Made by a program: the position numbers and the translations under genes
In this document: positions 35,560 to 45,294 of the stretch, one piece after another
How positions within the stretch are numbered: the first letter of the stretch is position 1
Layout: every line of letters starts with the position of its first letter
The notes under the pieces: generated by a model
The model's input: the letters and a program-made list of their open reading frames with translations, nothing else
Database searches by the model: none
What the model was told of the DNA's origin: nothing
From: Chthonomonadales bacterium
GTDB taxonomy: Bacteria > Armatimonadota > Chthonomonadetes > Chthonomonadales > CAJBBX01
DNA: 64,000 bases
Direction: 5' to 3'
Assembly: GCA_013360745.1 (NCBI GenBank)
Contig: JABWBA010000009.1
Coordinates: 94-64,093, forward strand

Positions 35560-37521
35560 CTACCAGTTGATCGGATAGGCGCTGATGCCCGTGAAACAGC
35601 CCAGGGCGGTGGTGAGCCCGCCCGCGAGGAAGTCTCCGACGATGACGCCATGGAAGAACGGCAGCGACTGACGGTACAGGCGGATGCCCCCGTACCTCAG
35701 GACGATGATCTTCAACACCCAGGCAATGAAGAAGGGAAGCCAGATCTGGTTCATCGTCGGCGTGTTGGCGATCGCGTAGCCGACCGGATGGAAGGCCCAC
35801 CATGTGAACTGGGATCGCAGCAGGAGGAGCGCCGTCGTGATGAGGAATCCTCCTCCGATCGCCACGGCGCCCGCGACGTCGGTCCTGAGCGGCGTAGCGA
35901 GGGAGTCTCGGAGCTGATCGAAGGGCTGCCTGCCCATGTACGTGCGCCAGGGGTCCGTACGGGCGCCGGCGCCGTAGTGGTACCAGACCATCAGCGCGAT
36001 GGCGAAGGAGATGACGATGCCGAGGATGATGGCCAGGATCAACGCTCCCGTCAGCCGGCGTTTGGACACCCCGAGCGCATCGGCCATCTTATAGGCGTCC
36101 GATTGGTTCGGCATTGAGAGACAGCGGAGGTCGAAGCTCGCGATTGCGTTGCGGAGATAGGCGAGGACGGTCAGATCGGCCGGGGTGTACACGGCGGTGC
36201 CGAACGTGGTCGTCATAAGCCTGTAGGCATCGACATCGGGGCCGAATAGCCATGCATTCCCGGTTTCGGCTCGGATACGCGCCGCCGCGATCAGATAGAG
36301 GAACGAGATCGATAGGGCTGCCACAGCCACCGCGGGACGCATGCCGGCGGCCACGCACCAGGCGACCAGCGAGGCCAGACAGAACAGGAGCCCGAGGAAT
36401 GCCCACCGGTACGACATGGGCTCATCCCGATCCTCGAGGCCGCCGGGGCGGGAACGGGACCGCGACCACGCGATGCTCCACACCTCGGCGAGGTAGCCCC
36501 GGGATAGCCACAGACCGAAGATCGTCAGGGCGAGAAACGCGCCGGCGCCCTGATGCCCGATGAACGGCCAGCTGCTCTGACCGCCGCCCGTCGCTCCGGC
36601 CGAGATGCCGCTCGCCGAGCCGAAGACCGCTTCGCCCTTGGCGACCAGCCAGAAGAACCAGCAGCTGAAGGTCATGTCGACCGACAGTAGATAGGCGATG
36701 CCGATGACGAACGGATAGAAGGAGATCGGCGTATAGCCGATGGCATTCCACGGCGGCGTCGCCATTATCTGCCCGAGGTCCGGCTGATCCGCCATGCGGG
36801 TCGGAATGTAGGGCACCGTCGGCACGTTCAGATGCACCGTATTCATGACGTCTATGCAGAACGGGAGCGCGAAGCCGAGCCAGAGAAGCCGGTTGGTGAG
36901 GAAGCCGGTCTGATCCCGGATCATCTCGATGGGGACCGCCGTGGTCGGGAAGGTGAGCCGCTCCCGATCGATCCACTGCCGTCGGAGGATCGCGACGATG
37001 CAGAGCGTCGCGAGCGCCACCAGGATCATGAACCCAGTCCACGCGGTGATCTGGGCTCTCCAGGCGGCCCACGGAACCGGGGCGTTGCCCGCGTAGAAAC
37101 CGAGGAGCGCGTCAGGGTCCTTCAGGGCGATCCAGTTCTTGATATACGGATGGAAGAGCGAAGCCCATCCGTTGCTGTTGTTGGCGTAATAGAAGGCCGC
37201 TGTGATGGTCGGAACGATGAAGTGCAGGCCGCCCGAGGAGGAGATAACGGTAGCGACAGTCATCATCACGTAGATCACAAGGAGCTCGGCCCTGGAGAAG
37301 GCCAGAGGCCGCAGAAACCGGGTGAGGAGGATGTTGACGACGATCAGCGCAAAGAGTACGTTGAAGGCTCCGATCGGGATGCTCGTTCCGGCGAGAGCGG
37401 TGTGTCCCCGTCCGCCCAGCACGAGCTCGGCCCAATGGAGCCAGAGGTCGACGAGCGCGGTCAGCCCGATGCCGAGCAGGACCGCTCGAAGCGTTATCCC
37501 GCGAACGGCATCGCTCCTCAC
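35560..37521 (-). CDS. Multi-pass membrane protein, DUF6785/DUF6784 putative peptide-transporter-like family
   Basis: ELLVIYVM, LRRQWIDRERLTFP, RIRAETG, WAFHPVGYA, KIIVLRYGGIRLY..PFF.G..VGD; GTG start overlaps upstream TGA (GTGA). Confidence 0.8.
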   Translation of the reverse strand: MRSDAVRGITLRAVLLGIGLTALVDLWLHWAELVLGGRGHTALAGTSIPIGAFNVLFALIVVNILLTRFLRPLAFSRAELLVIYVMMTVATVISSSGGLHFIVPTITAAFYYANNSNGWASLFHPYIKNWIALKDPDALLGFYAGNAPVPWAAWRAQITAWTGFMILVALATLCIVAILRRQWIDRERLTFPTTAVPIEMIRDQTGFLTNRLLWLGFALPFCIDVMNTVHLNVPTVPYIPTRMADQPDLGQIMATPPWNAIGYTPISFYPFVIGIAYLLSVDMTFSCWFFWLVAKGEAVFGSASGISAGATGGGQSSWPFIGHQGAGAFLALTIFGLWLSRGYLAEVWSIAWSRSRSRPGGLEDRDEPMSYRWAFLGLLFCLASLVAWCVAAGMRPAVAVAALSISFLYLIAAARIRAETGNAWLFGPDVDAYRLMTTTFGTAVYTPADLTVLAYLRNAIASFDLRCLSMPNQSDAYKMADALGVSKRRLTGALILAIILGIVISFAIALMVWYHYGAGARTDPWRTYMGRQPFDQLRDSLATPLRTDVAGAVAIGGGFLITTALLLLRSQFTWWAFHPVGYAIANTPTMNQIWLPFFIAWVLKIIVLRYGGIRLYRQSLPFFHGVIVGDFLAGGLTTALGCFTGISAYPINW

Positions 37522-38102
37522 GGGGTTGCGACTCGGATTGAGACGATCCGGTCGCCCTTCAGGCGTACGATGGCGACGCATCGTCGCGGCGGCTCTGATG
37601 CCGGGCTGGATTCGGAGTCCGTGGTCATCCGCCAGATCCGTTCGTCGCCGTAGATCTCCGGCTCTGGCAAATCGGCCGTCGCGGAGTCCAGATTCTTACG
37701 AGATGCGCCCGGAACCAGTGCGCCCATCCAGCCGAGCTGTCGGACGAGGCCGCGGATCCGCGGGTACGGTCGGTCCTTGTCTCGCGTCTGACCGTTCGAT
37801 GCGACGAGCGACACCGTTCGAACCGTCCTCTGGGCGTCAAACGCGGGCGGGCGGAGGATCGTCAGGAGACATTCGGCGGCGGTCCACTCCCATATCAGGC
37901 CGGTGCGATTCTCGATCTCCTGCGGCCGACCCAGTCTGGCCTCGACGGTTCGCAGGCTGTCGACCCCAACCTGAATGCCCGCGATCCTGGCGATTCGGGG
38001 CGCCTTGAGCGGGATCGGCGACCGTGCCTGCGCGCCCGGGAGGAGGGCGTATGTCAGCGCTATCGCCGCCGCTGCGGCGGCTGGTCGGATAAGGCGGGTA
38101 AG
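37518..38102 (-). CDS. Hypothetical secreted protein (no canonical start codon near the signal peptide)
   Basis: Signal-like LTRLIRPAAAAAAIALTYALLPGAQA; IAGIQVG..VEARLGRP; stop overlaps next gene start; the upstream ORF extension overlaps the MFS gene. Confidence 0.45.
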   Translation of the reverse strand, partial: LTRLIRPAAAAAAIALTYALLPGAQARSPIPLKAPRIARIAGIQVGVDSLRTVEARLGRPQEIENRTGLIWEWTAAECLLTILRPPAFDAQRTVRTVSLVASNGQTRDKDRPYPRIRGLVRQLGWMGALVPGASRKNLDSATADLPEPEIYGDERIWRMTTDSESSPASEPPRRCVAIVRLKGDRIVSIRVATP

Positions 38103-38162
38103 ATAGGTTCCCGCCCTGAAAAGCGTGAATCCCTCAGGAGCAACATTTCGTTGTCGCGTACG

Positions 38163-39308
38163 ATGCGTGACTGGTGGCTGTTTGGCGCTGCCACCTTTTG
38201 TTATGCCTTTGGCTTCGCCGTCTACAACGGCCTCTTTCAGAACTTCTTCCGCGAGGCCATGCGGGGCACGCCCGATCAGCTCGGTATCCTCGAATCGCTC
38301 CGAGAGGTGCCCGGACTGATGACGGCCTTCACGGCAGGCCTTCTGATCACGATATCGGAGACACGGATCGGGAGCCTCGCGCTGATCAGCGCGGCTCTTG
38401 GCATCGCAGCCACCGGCTACGCCGGCAGCTACTGGCCGCTCGTAGCGGTTACGGTCTTCTGGTCGGTCGGTATGCACCTGTGGCTCTCGCTATCACCCGG
38501 GATTACGCTGTCTCTGGCTGAAGGCAAGGAGGGCGGCAGACACCTCGGGCGGATGGCGGGACTCAGCGCGATCGCCGTTCTCGTCGGACTCGGGTTGACG
38601 CGGTTCGCCAAACCGTACCTATCCTATCCTTTGCTCTTCGCGGCGGCGGGCGTTCTCATCTTCGTTGCCGGCGTCTGCGCCTCCTTTTTATCGCGCCGAA
38701 CGAGCAAGACTGCAGTATCCCGAATCCTCTACAGGCGTGAATACGGCATGTTCTACTGGCTGACGTTCCTCGAGGGTTGTCGACGGCAGATCTTCACCAC
38801 CTTTGCGCCCTTCGTCCTCATTCTGGTCTATAAGACCAGCGTCGAGACGATGTTGACGCTCGCACTCGCCAACGCCGTGATCTCGACCTTTGCGGCCCCC
38901 TCCATCGGTCGATGGATCGATCGGTTGGGCGAGCGTCGCATGCTCACCCTCTATTACAGCGCCCTGGTCGTGATCTTCGGCGGCTACGCGCTGATCCCGA
39001 ACGTCCATGTGCTCTACATATTCTACATTGTTGATAATCTGCTGTTCGCCTGCTCCATCGGTTTGACGACCTACCTCCACGGGATCATCCGCGACGGCGA
39101 AATGACCGCAACCCTGACCATGGGCACGACGATGAACCACATCGCGGCGGTCATCGTCCCGGTAACCGGCGGCCTGCTGTGGCGGACTCTGGGCGATTTC
39201 CGAATACCGTTCTGGATCGGCGTCGGCGTGCTCCTCCTGTCGATCGTCTCGGCTCGGCGTTTGCCCGGTCTGCCGATCGCCCGCTCCGAAGCGGTTCCGG
39301 CAGCCTGA
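38163..39308 (+). CDS. MFS transporter
   Basis: About 12 hydrophobic helices; GILESLREVPG, IGRWIDRLGERR (motif A-like), MGTTMNHIAAV..PVTGG. Confidence 0.9.
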   Translation: MRDWWLFGAATFCYAFGFAVYNGLFQNFFREAMRGTPDQLGILESLREVPGLMTAFTAGLLITISETRIGSLALISAALGIAATGYAGSYWPLVAVTVFWSVGMHLWLSLSPGITLSLAEGKEGGRHLGRMAGLSAIAVLVGLGLTRFAKPYLSYPLLFAAAGVLIFVAGVCASFLSRRTSKTAVSRILYRREYGMFYWLTFLEGCRRQIFTTFAPFVLILVYKTSVETMLTLALANAVISTFAAPSIGRWIDRLGERRMLTLYYSALVVIFGGYALIPNVHVLYIFYIVDNLLFACSIGLTTYLHGIIRDGEMTATLTMGTTMNHIAAVIVPVTGGLLWRTLGDFRIPFWIGVGVLLLSIVSARRLPGLPIARSEAVPAA

Positions 39309-39369
39309 CAGCCGCGGCGCTCCGCTCGGGACCCTGGCTGCGCCGTTCGGACGGAGACGATCGAACCCG

Positions 39370-39768
39370 CTACGGGCGAACGCCCAGCGACGCCGGAAGC
39401 CAGCGCGCCGCGGCGGCGCCCAGATACACGGCTCCGAGACCGAGCGCGACGCTGCTCACCATATAGGCGATCGCGCTCTGGTGTCGACCGTTCGCCAGCA
39501 TCTGCAGCGTCTCATACCCGAACGCGGAGAACGTCGTATACGCCCCGAGGAAGCCCACGGCAATGAGGAGCCGGCCGTGCTCATGCCACGCATACCGGAT
39601 CATCAACGTGGCGAACACGCCCAGCGCGAACGATCCGGTCACGTTGATGACGAATGTCCCGACAGGATAGTCGCCGCCCCAACGGAGGTGGGCCCAGAGG
39701 CCGAGGAGGTAACGGGCGTTCGCGCCCAGAAAGCCGCCCATACCGACCATCATGCATCGCATCCACAT
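39370..39768 (-). CDS. crcB: Fluoride efflux channel CrcB/FluC
   Basis: GGFLGANARY, GTFVINVTGSF.LG, GFLGAYTTFSAF.YE; AGGAGG upstream. Confidence 0.95.
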   Translation of the reverse strand: MWMRCMMVGMGGFLGANARYLLGLWAHLRWGGDYPVGTFVINVTGSFALGVFATLMIRYAWHEHGRLLIAVGFLGAYTTFSAFGYETLQMLANGRHQSAIAYMVSSVALGLGAVYLGAAAARWLPASLGVRP

Positions 39769-39916
39769 CTGCTGTCTTCGCTGCCTCCTGTTCGCGCAGA
39801 GACGTCCGCTGGCGGCAGTCCATGCCCGGCATCGCTCGTCATGCGGGATGATACCCTGTATATGGATCGGGGCGCACAATCGTGTTCGCGGCCTTCGACG
39901 ATCTACCGTTTCCGGC

Positions 39917-39945
39917 TTGAGTTGGCGTTCGCGGTACGGTATAAC
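39917..39945 (+). promoter_or_regulatory. sigma70-type promoter immediately before ATG 39955
   Basis: TTGAGT (39917-39922), 17-bp spacer, TATAAC (39940-39945). Confidence 0.65.
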
Positions 39946-39954
39946 ACTGGTAGC

Positions 39955-40983
39955 ATGTCAGCCACCTCCAGAGAGATCGTGCAGCAGACCCTTGCCTTCC
40001 AGAACCCGGCCCGAGCGCCCCGCCACCTCTGGCTCCTCCCCTGGGCTGAGGAACGCTACGCCGAAGAGATCCAGGCGCTGCGCGAGGAGTTTCCCGGCGA
40101 TATCCACGGCGTTGGAGGGCACCATCGCACCCTCCCACCGACACGAGGCCATTCGACCGAGATTGGGGAATACACGGACGAATGGGGCTGCACCTTTATC
40201 AACATCCAGAAAGGCGTGATCGGGGAGGTCAAGGATCCGCTCATCAAGGATTGGGAGGCGGACGCGCAGCGCGCCCACATTCCGCGGGAGTGGCTTACCA
40301 TCGATCGTGATGCCGTCAACCGGCACTGCGCGGCGACGGATCGCTATACGATGGCAGGCGCCTGCCCGAGGCCCTTTGAGCAGCTCCAGTTCCTGCGGGG
40401 CACCGAAGCCCTGTACATGGACCTCGTCGATCCCTCACCGGCGTTCCGACGTTTTCTGGCCCAGATGCACGCCTTCTACTGCGAACTCCTCGAGGTCTGG
40501 GCAGCGACCGACGTCGACTCGATGATGTTCATGGACGATTGGGGCTCGCAGAACTCGCTGCTGATCCGACCGGCGCTCTGGCGCGAGTACTTCAAGCCCC
40601 TGTACCGGGATTACATTCAGATCGCACACGGATCCGGTAAGGCCATGTTCATGCATTCGGACGGCCACACCCTGGCCATCTATCCCGACATGATCGAACT
40701 CGGGCTGGACGCCTTCAACACCCAGCTCTTCTGCATGGGGGTGGAGAACCTCGAGCCGTTCGCGGGCAAGATCACCTTCTGGGGCGAGATCGACCGTCAG
40801 GGCCTGCTGCCCCACGCCACCACCGACGAAATCGATCAGGCGGTTCGGCAGGTGCATCGTTCCCTGTGGCGCGATGGGGGCTGCATCGCCCAGTGTGAGT
40901 TCGGTCCCGGGGCCCGACCGGAGAACGTTCGTCAGGTCTTTGCCACCTGGGATGAGGTGACGAACCGGGATTCGCGCCGCTGA
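39955..40983 (+). CDS. Uroporphyrinogen decarboxylase / MtaA-CmuA methyltransferase family protein
   Basis: YTDEWGC, FEQLQFLRG.E.LYMDL, FMDDWGSQ, FMHSDG, ITFWGEIDRQ. Confidence 0.85.
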   Translation: MSATSREIVQQTLAFQNPARAPRHLWLLPWAEERYAEEIQALREEFPGDIHGVGGHHRTLPPTRGHSTEIGEYTDEWGCTFINIQKGVIGEVKDPLIKDWEADAQRAHIPREWLTIDRDAVNRHCAATDRYTMAGACPRPFEQLQFLRGTEALYMDLVDPSPAFRRFLAQMHAFYCELLEVWAATDVDSMMFMDDWGSQNSLLIRPALWREYFKPLYRDYIQIAHGSGKAMFMHSDGHTLAIYPDMIELGLDAFNTQLFCMGVENLEPFAGKITFWGEIDRQGLLPHATTDEIDQAVRQVHRSLWRDGGCIAQCEFGPGARPENVRQVFATWDEVTNRDSRR

Positions 40984-40997
40984 AAGGACGCTGACCG

Positions 40998-42605
40998 TTG
41001 AAGCACGGCATCTCCGCCTGGATCGAAGGATCTCGGACCCGCATCTACCCTGCGACGCTGCCGAATGGGTCGATACTGGACCGCGCGCGTTCGGTCGCAC
41101 TACCCCGCAACGGCTTCGCCTCCTGCCAGCTCGGCGTTCGGAATGAGACCGACCGGCCCATTCGGGTGGAGGTCGAAGCGGCCGCGCCGCCGCAGCTTCA
41201 GGCGCACGTGCGTCGGATCGGCTATGTCACCGTGGCGCATCACAGCACGGATACGCCCATGTCCTTCCTCGAAGGCCTCGGTTCCGTGCCCGGGCTGGTG
41301 CCGGATCCGCTGTTTCCCGAGCCATCTGCGCTGATCGGGCCGTATGAGACGGTGGGATTCTGGATCACCGTGGATGCCGCTCATGACGCGCCGGTCGGCG
41401 AATCCCCGATCCGACTGAAGGTGCGCGCCGACGGGCATGATGCCCGGGCGTTCACGCTCGAAGCCCGGGTCTCGGAGATCGTCTCCGACAGCCTCGCCGA
41501 CTTTCCCGCCACCCACTGGTTCTACGCCGACGCTCTGTGCGACTACTACGATGTTCCGCCCTGCACGCCCCGGTTCTGGACCATCGTCGAACCGTACATG
41601 AGGAACCTGAGCCGGCACCTGTCGACATGCCGCTACGTGCCGCTGTTTACGCCCCCGACCGACGGGGTCAAACGTCCAACACAGCTGCTCCGCGTAGGGG
41701 CCGACGGCGCGGGCCGCTGGTCGTTCGACTTCACGGATGTGGCCCGATGGGTTCAGCTGGCGCGCGATACCGGCGCCCGGTTCTTCGAGTGGACCCATCT
41801 GTTCTCCCAATGGGGCGTTGAGCGGGCGCTTCGGATCTACCGCTCCAACGAGGACGAGACCTCCCTCCTCTGGCCGCCCGAGACCCCTGCGACCTCGCCG
41901 GTCTACCGCTCGTTTCTGGAGCAGTTCCTGCCCCGCTTCCGCGAGTTCCTCGAGGAGCAGGGGCTCACGACCGTCTCCTTGTTCCATGTCTCCGATGAGC
42001 CGGGCGCAGAGCATGTCGACAACTACCGCGCGGCCCGGGAGATGCTGCGCGAGCTCGCTCCGTGGATGAAGGTTGCCGACGCCCTGAGCCATGTGGAGTT
42101 CGCCCAGATGGGCCTGACCGATATCCCGATTGTCAGCATCGGAGCCGCCGAAGCCTTCCGGGATGCCGGGATTCCGGCCTGGGCCTATTTCTGCTGCGGT
42201 CCGCGTGGCTCGTACCTGAACCGACTGCTCGATACGCCCCTGGCGCGGATCGCCATGGCAGGTCGACTGCTGCATCGACACGGGGCTCAGGGCTTTCTGC
42301 ACTGGGGCTATAACTACTGGTACAAGTCCCAGAGCCGGATGCTGCTCGATCCGTTCGTCGATCAGGCGGGGGCCGCGTGGCCGGGCTGGCCTCCCGGCGA
42401 TCCGTTCGTCGTCTACCCGGGCCAGGATGGCCCGCTCGATTCCATTCGGTGGGAGGTCTGGGCCGAAGCGATGCAGGAGCTCGCCCTGCTCCGAGCGCTC
42501 GGGATCGAGCCGGACCATCCGGGTCTCGCCTCCATGCGGGGGTACGGCGACTTCGATTCGCACGGGCAACCCGATCTACTCTCACCGATCTTCACAGACC
42601 GTTGA
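40998..42605 (+). CDS. DUF4091 / GH123-like glycoside hydrolase
   Basis: PDPLFP, FDFTDVARWV, HVSDEP, WAYFCCGP, GFLHWGYNYW, GDPFVVYPG..GP..SIRWE. Confidence 0.8.
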   Translation: MKHGISAWIEGSRTRIYPATLPNGSILDRARSVALPRNGFASCQLGVRNETDRPIRVEVEAAAPPQLQAHVRRIGYVTVAHHSTDTPMSFLEGLGSVPGLVPDPLFPEPSALIGPYETVGFWITVDAAHDAPVGESPIRLKVRADGHDARAFTLEARVSEIVSDSLADFPATHWFYADALCDYYDVPPCTPRFWTIVEPYMRNLSRHLSTCRYVPLFTPPTDGVKRPTQLLRVGADGAGRWSFDFTDVARWVQLARDTGARFFEWTHLFSQWGVERALRIYRSNEDETSLLWPPETPATSPVYRSFLEQFLPRFREFLEEQGLTTVSLFHVSDEPGAEHVDNYRAAREMLRELAPWMKVADALSHVEFAQMGLTDIPIVSIGAAEAFRDAGIPAWAYFCCGPRGSYLNRLLDTPLARIAMAGRLLHRHGAQGFLHWGYNYWYKSQSRMLLDPFVDQAGAAWPGWPPGDPFVVYPGQDGPLDSIRWEVWAEAMQELALLRALGIEPDHPGLASMRGYGDFDSHGQPDLLSPIFTDR

Positions 42606-43933
42606 GCCATCGCGCGCGGGTCATCGTCGTCGGAGGCGGTCCGGCGGGGCTGCTCGCCGCAGGCTCAGCCGCCGAGGCGGGGGCAAGCGTGGTCCTGCTG
42701 GAGCGTGGCCCGAAGATGGGGCGCAAGCTCCGGATGACCGGCAAGGGGCGCTGCAACATCACGAACGCGACCGACGTCGAGGGCTTCGTGCGGGCCTTTG
42801 CGCCGAACGGCCGATTTCTTTACGGCCCCTTCGCCCGTTTCTTTCGGGACGATACGCTGGCCCTGTTCGAGCGGCTCGGTGTGCACGTCAAAGGCGAGCG
42901 GGGCGGCCGGATCTTCCCCCTGTCGGACTCCGCACTCGAAGTAGCGGCCGCTCTGGAGCGATGGGTGCGGGACGTGGGCGTCGACGTCCGCCTCAACACG
43001 CGCGTCAAAGGCATCCTCTCTGCCGATGGACGCCTTCAAGGGGTAAGCCTGTACCATGGCTCGATGGACGGTGCGGCGGCGATCATCGCCACCGGAGGCC
43101 TATCCTATCCCGGCACCGGCAGCTCCGGGGACGGGTACGCCGTGGCCGAATCGGTCGGGCACAGCATCGTGCCGACCCGGCCGGCCCTTGCCCCGCTCCT
43201 CGCCGACGACCGCTGGCCCGGCACACTGTCGGGCCTCGCCCTGCGAAACGTCCGGGCCAGCCTGGCGGACCGCGCGACCGGCAAGGCCGTCGCGTCGGAG
43301 TTCGGCGAGATGCTGTTCACCCATACCGGCGTCTCCGGGCCGATCATCCTGTCCCTCAGCCGGGTCTACACGCGTCAGTCGGGTCCGCTGGATCTCCGGA
43401 TCGATCTCAAGCCCGCCGTCAGCGCCGAGGAGTTGACGGCCCGGTTCATCCGGGAGTTCGTCGGCGCGGGGACGTTCGGCGTCTATCTGCGCCAGCTGAT
43501 GCCGAAAAGCCTGGCGCCGATCGTCGCGGATCTGAGCGGCGTGCCGGCGGATCGTCCGTTGAGCGCGATCAGAGCCTCGGAGCGCTCGGCGCTGGTCCAT
43601 ACGTTGAAAAATCTGCCCATCACGCTTCGCGGGCTCGCGCCGATCGAACAGGCGATCGTCACATCAGGGGGAGTGAAGCTCGAGGAGATCGATCCCCGGA
43701 CGCTCATGTCCCGCCGCGTCGACGGGCTGTATTTCGCAGGTGAAGTGCTGGACCTGGACGCGATGACCGGCGGCTACAACCTCCAGGCTGCGTTCTCGAC
43801 CGGCTATGTCGCCGGCGTGTCGGCCGCAGCGAGGGCAGCCGCACTCACCGACGGCCCCGAGCAGCCGTTCCGCTCGGTCCGATCGACGCCCGACCCGGCG
43901 CCCGAGCTCAATGGAGTGCGCAGTCGAGGTTGA
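42602..43933 (+). CDS. NAD(P)/FAD-dependent oxidoreductase, HI0933/BaiN family
   Basis: VVGGGPAGLLAA, GRKLRMTGKGRCNITN, ATGGLSYP.TGS.GDGY, GEMLFTHTGVSGP, GGYNLQAAFSTG; TTG start overlapping upstream TGA. Confidence 0.93.
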   Translation: MSHRARVIVVGGGPAGLLAAGSAAEAGASVVLLERGPKMGRKLRMTGKGRCNITNATDVEGFVRAFAPNGRFLYGPFARFFRDDTLALFERLGVHVKGERGGRIFPLSDSALEVAAALERWVRDVGVDVRLNTRVKGILSADGRLQGVSLYHGSMDGAAAIIATGGLSYPGTGSSGDGYAVAESVGHSIVPTRPALAPLLADDRWPGTLSGLALRNVRASLADRATGKAVASEFGEMLFTHTGVSGPIILSLSRVYTRQSGPLDLRIDLKPAVSAEELTARFIREFVGAGTFGVYLRQLMPKSLAPIVADLSGVPADRPLSAIRASERSALVHTLKNLPITLRGLAPIEQAIVTSGGVKLEEIDPRTLMSRRVDGLYFAGEVLDLDAMTGGYNLQAAFSTGYVAGVSAAARAAALTDGPEQPFRSVRSTPDPAPELNGVRSRG

Positions 43934-44330
43934 AGGACCCTGCCGGCGTCCCGTGTTCCGTTTTTTGCGCGAGCACTCCCACGAGGCGCTGCGTATCCGA
44001 CAGGGCGAGGTCCCCTTCACCGCTGACGGTTCGCGTGGGGTACACGATCAGCAGCCGGCACCGCCTCATCGTGTTGACCGTCCCGAAGAACGTGCCCTTA
44101 GCTGAGGTTGCGCTATCGACAAAAGTCCCCGCTATGCGCCCGTCGTAGCTGATGCTCAACTCCACATCGCCGGTTTGCGAATCGGCGAGCTCAACCATGA
44201 GATACGTCCCCGTATACGAACCCTCGAGCCCCGAGCTCACGCCGACGTGCGTGCCGCTGCCGCAGCCCGCAAGCGCAGCGATGCCGAGGGCAGCGACCAT
44301 CCATACTGATGCGCGATACCGCATCCGCAT
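43908..44330 (-). CDS. Small hypothetical lipoprotein (beta-rich)
   Basis: AGGAGG RBS; lipobox ALAG-C; G.Y.GT.. beta-strand pattern. Confidence 0.65.
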   Translation of the reverse strand: MRMRYRASVWMVAALGIAALAGCGSGTHVGVSSGLEGSYTGTYLMVELADSQTGDVELSISYDGRIAGTFVDSATSAKGTFFGTVNTMRRCRLLIVYPTRTVSGEGDLALSDTQRLVGVLAQKTEHGTPAGSFNLDCALH

Positions 44331-44410
44331 AGCCTCCTGAGATATGCCCCATTGTACAATATCATGGCGAGCAGATCCACGCCGGAGTCACCGGCAGCGG
44401 CGAGGACTGC

Positions 44411-44752
44411 CTATGATGACGAATCGGTCCGAAGGTGTTCCAGCCACGCTTGCGGGCCCCGACCGTCGATGGGGAGCGCTTCGTATGGCCCGTTCCGGAT
44501 GCTGGCAGGCAGATCCCTCCATTCAACCACATCCACTCGCATCGGAAGATCCGATTCACGCAAGTCATCCTTCAGGAGCGCGAGAGTCAGAAGCGGCAAC
44601 GCCGAGTCCGCTACGATGGCAAGGTCCAGGTCTGACCAGGGCTTCGGACGCCCGGACACGCGCGATCCGAAGGCCCGAACCTCGAGGCCGGGCACATGGC
44701 GGTTGAGAATCGACCGAACGATGCAAAGGTGCTCCGGCGCCAGCGCGATCAT
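44411..44752 (-). CDS. Minimal nucleotidyltransferase (MNT) antitoxin
   Basis: FGSRVSGRPKPWSDLD = GS-X10-DXD; RVDVV; ATG overlaps upstream TGA (ATGA). Confidence 0.9.
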   Translation of the reverse strand: MIALAPEHLCIVRSILNRHVPGLEVRAFGSRVSGRPKPWSDLDLAIVADSALPLLTLALLKDDLRESDLPMRVDVVEWRDLPASIRNGPYEALPIDGRGPQAWLEHLRTDSSS

Positions 44753-45150
44753 GGGCGTTCGACCCGCGACAGCGCATGCTCCAGCATGGCCGCATCGGTG
44801 ATGAACGCGCCTGCGGCGGATCGTACCAGCGCGGCCTTCGCCGCATCGTACGTATGAGCTGTGAGGTTGCGAAGCTCCCGATACTGCATCCATGGCTCGA
44901 CGGAGCCAAGGAAGCCTCGCTCGGCCCCCGCTCGGATCAGCTCCCGGAATGAGAGTCGATCCCACTCGTCGGGCGACGCGGCATCCATCTCGAGTCTCCG
45001 CCGAAGCATCTTCCAGCAGAGCTCATAGGTGTATTCGAAGCGCTGGATGACGGCGTCGCGCAGCTCCTCATCGTCCGGTGCGTCTTCCGACCGGGCGTAG
45101 GCGCGGCGCAGGCTTGCGAGCGCAGACTGAAGAGGCGTCAAGTCCAGCAT
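44749..45150 (-). CDS. HEPN protein, HI0074-like (putative toxin of the HEPN-MNT pair)
   Basis: RDAVIQRFEYTYELCWK and RNLTAHTY (R-X4-H-X-Y); AGGAGG RBS. Confidence 0.9.
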   Translation of the reverse strand: MLDLTPLQSALASLRRAYARSEDAPDDEELRDAVIQRFEYTYELCWKMLRRRLEMDAASPDEWDRLSFRELIRAGAERGFLGSVEPWMQYRELRNLTAHTYDAAKAALVRSAAGAFITDAAMLEHALSRVERP

Positions 45151-45294
45151 CGGTCCCGTTCCTCCTGTGCGGCATCCCGAGTGTACCACGTCCCGCAGAC
45201 GGGATAAGCGCACGGGCCGACGATGTCGGTGTGCCCTTCGGAGCTCGCGGCCGCGGCGACCGCCGAATGGGGCAGTGGCGGGAGGACGTCCGCC

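Noticed and set aside
35501-35803. N-terminal extension of the 641-aa ORF
   Set aside because: It overlaps the DUF6785 gene in another frame; the real start is likely ATG 35500 with an RBS.
39769-39880. Fluoride riboswitch upstream of crcB
   Set aside because: No GGCGATGG..TCGCC / TGATG.CT consensus is visible on the minus strand; only a weak CTGCC/GGCAG pairing near the RBS.
39481-39954. N-terminal extension of the 500-aa UroD ORF
   Set aside because: Antisense to crcB; family similarity and the promoter point to ATG 39955.
42427-43743. 438-aa alternative-frame ORF
   Set aside because: Arg/Gly-rich shadow frame over the well-supported BaiN-family gene, expected at high GC.
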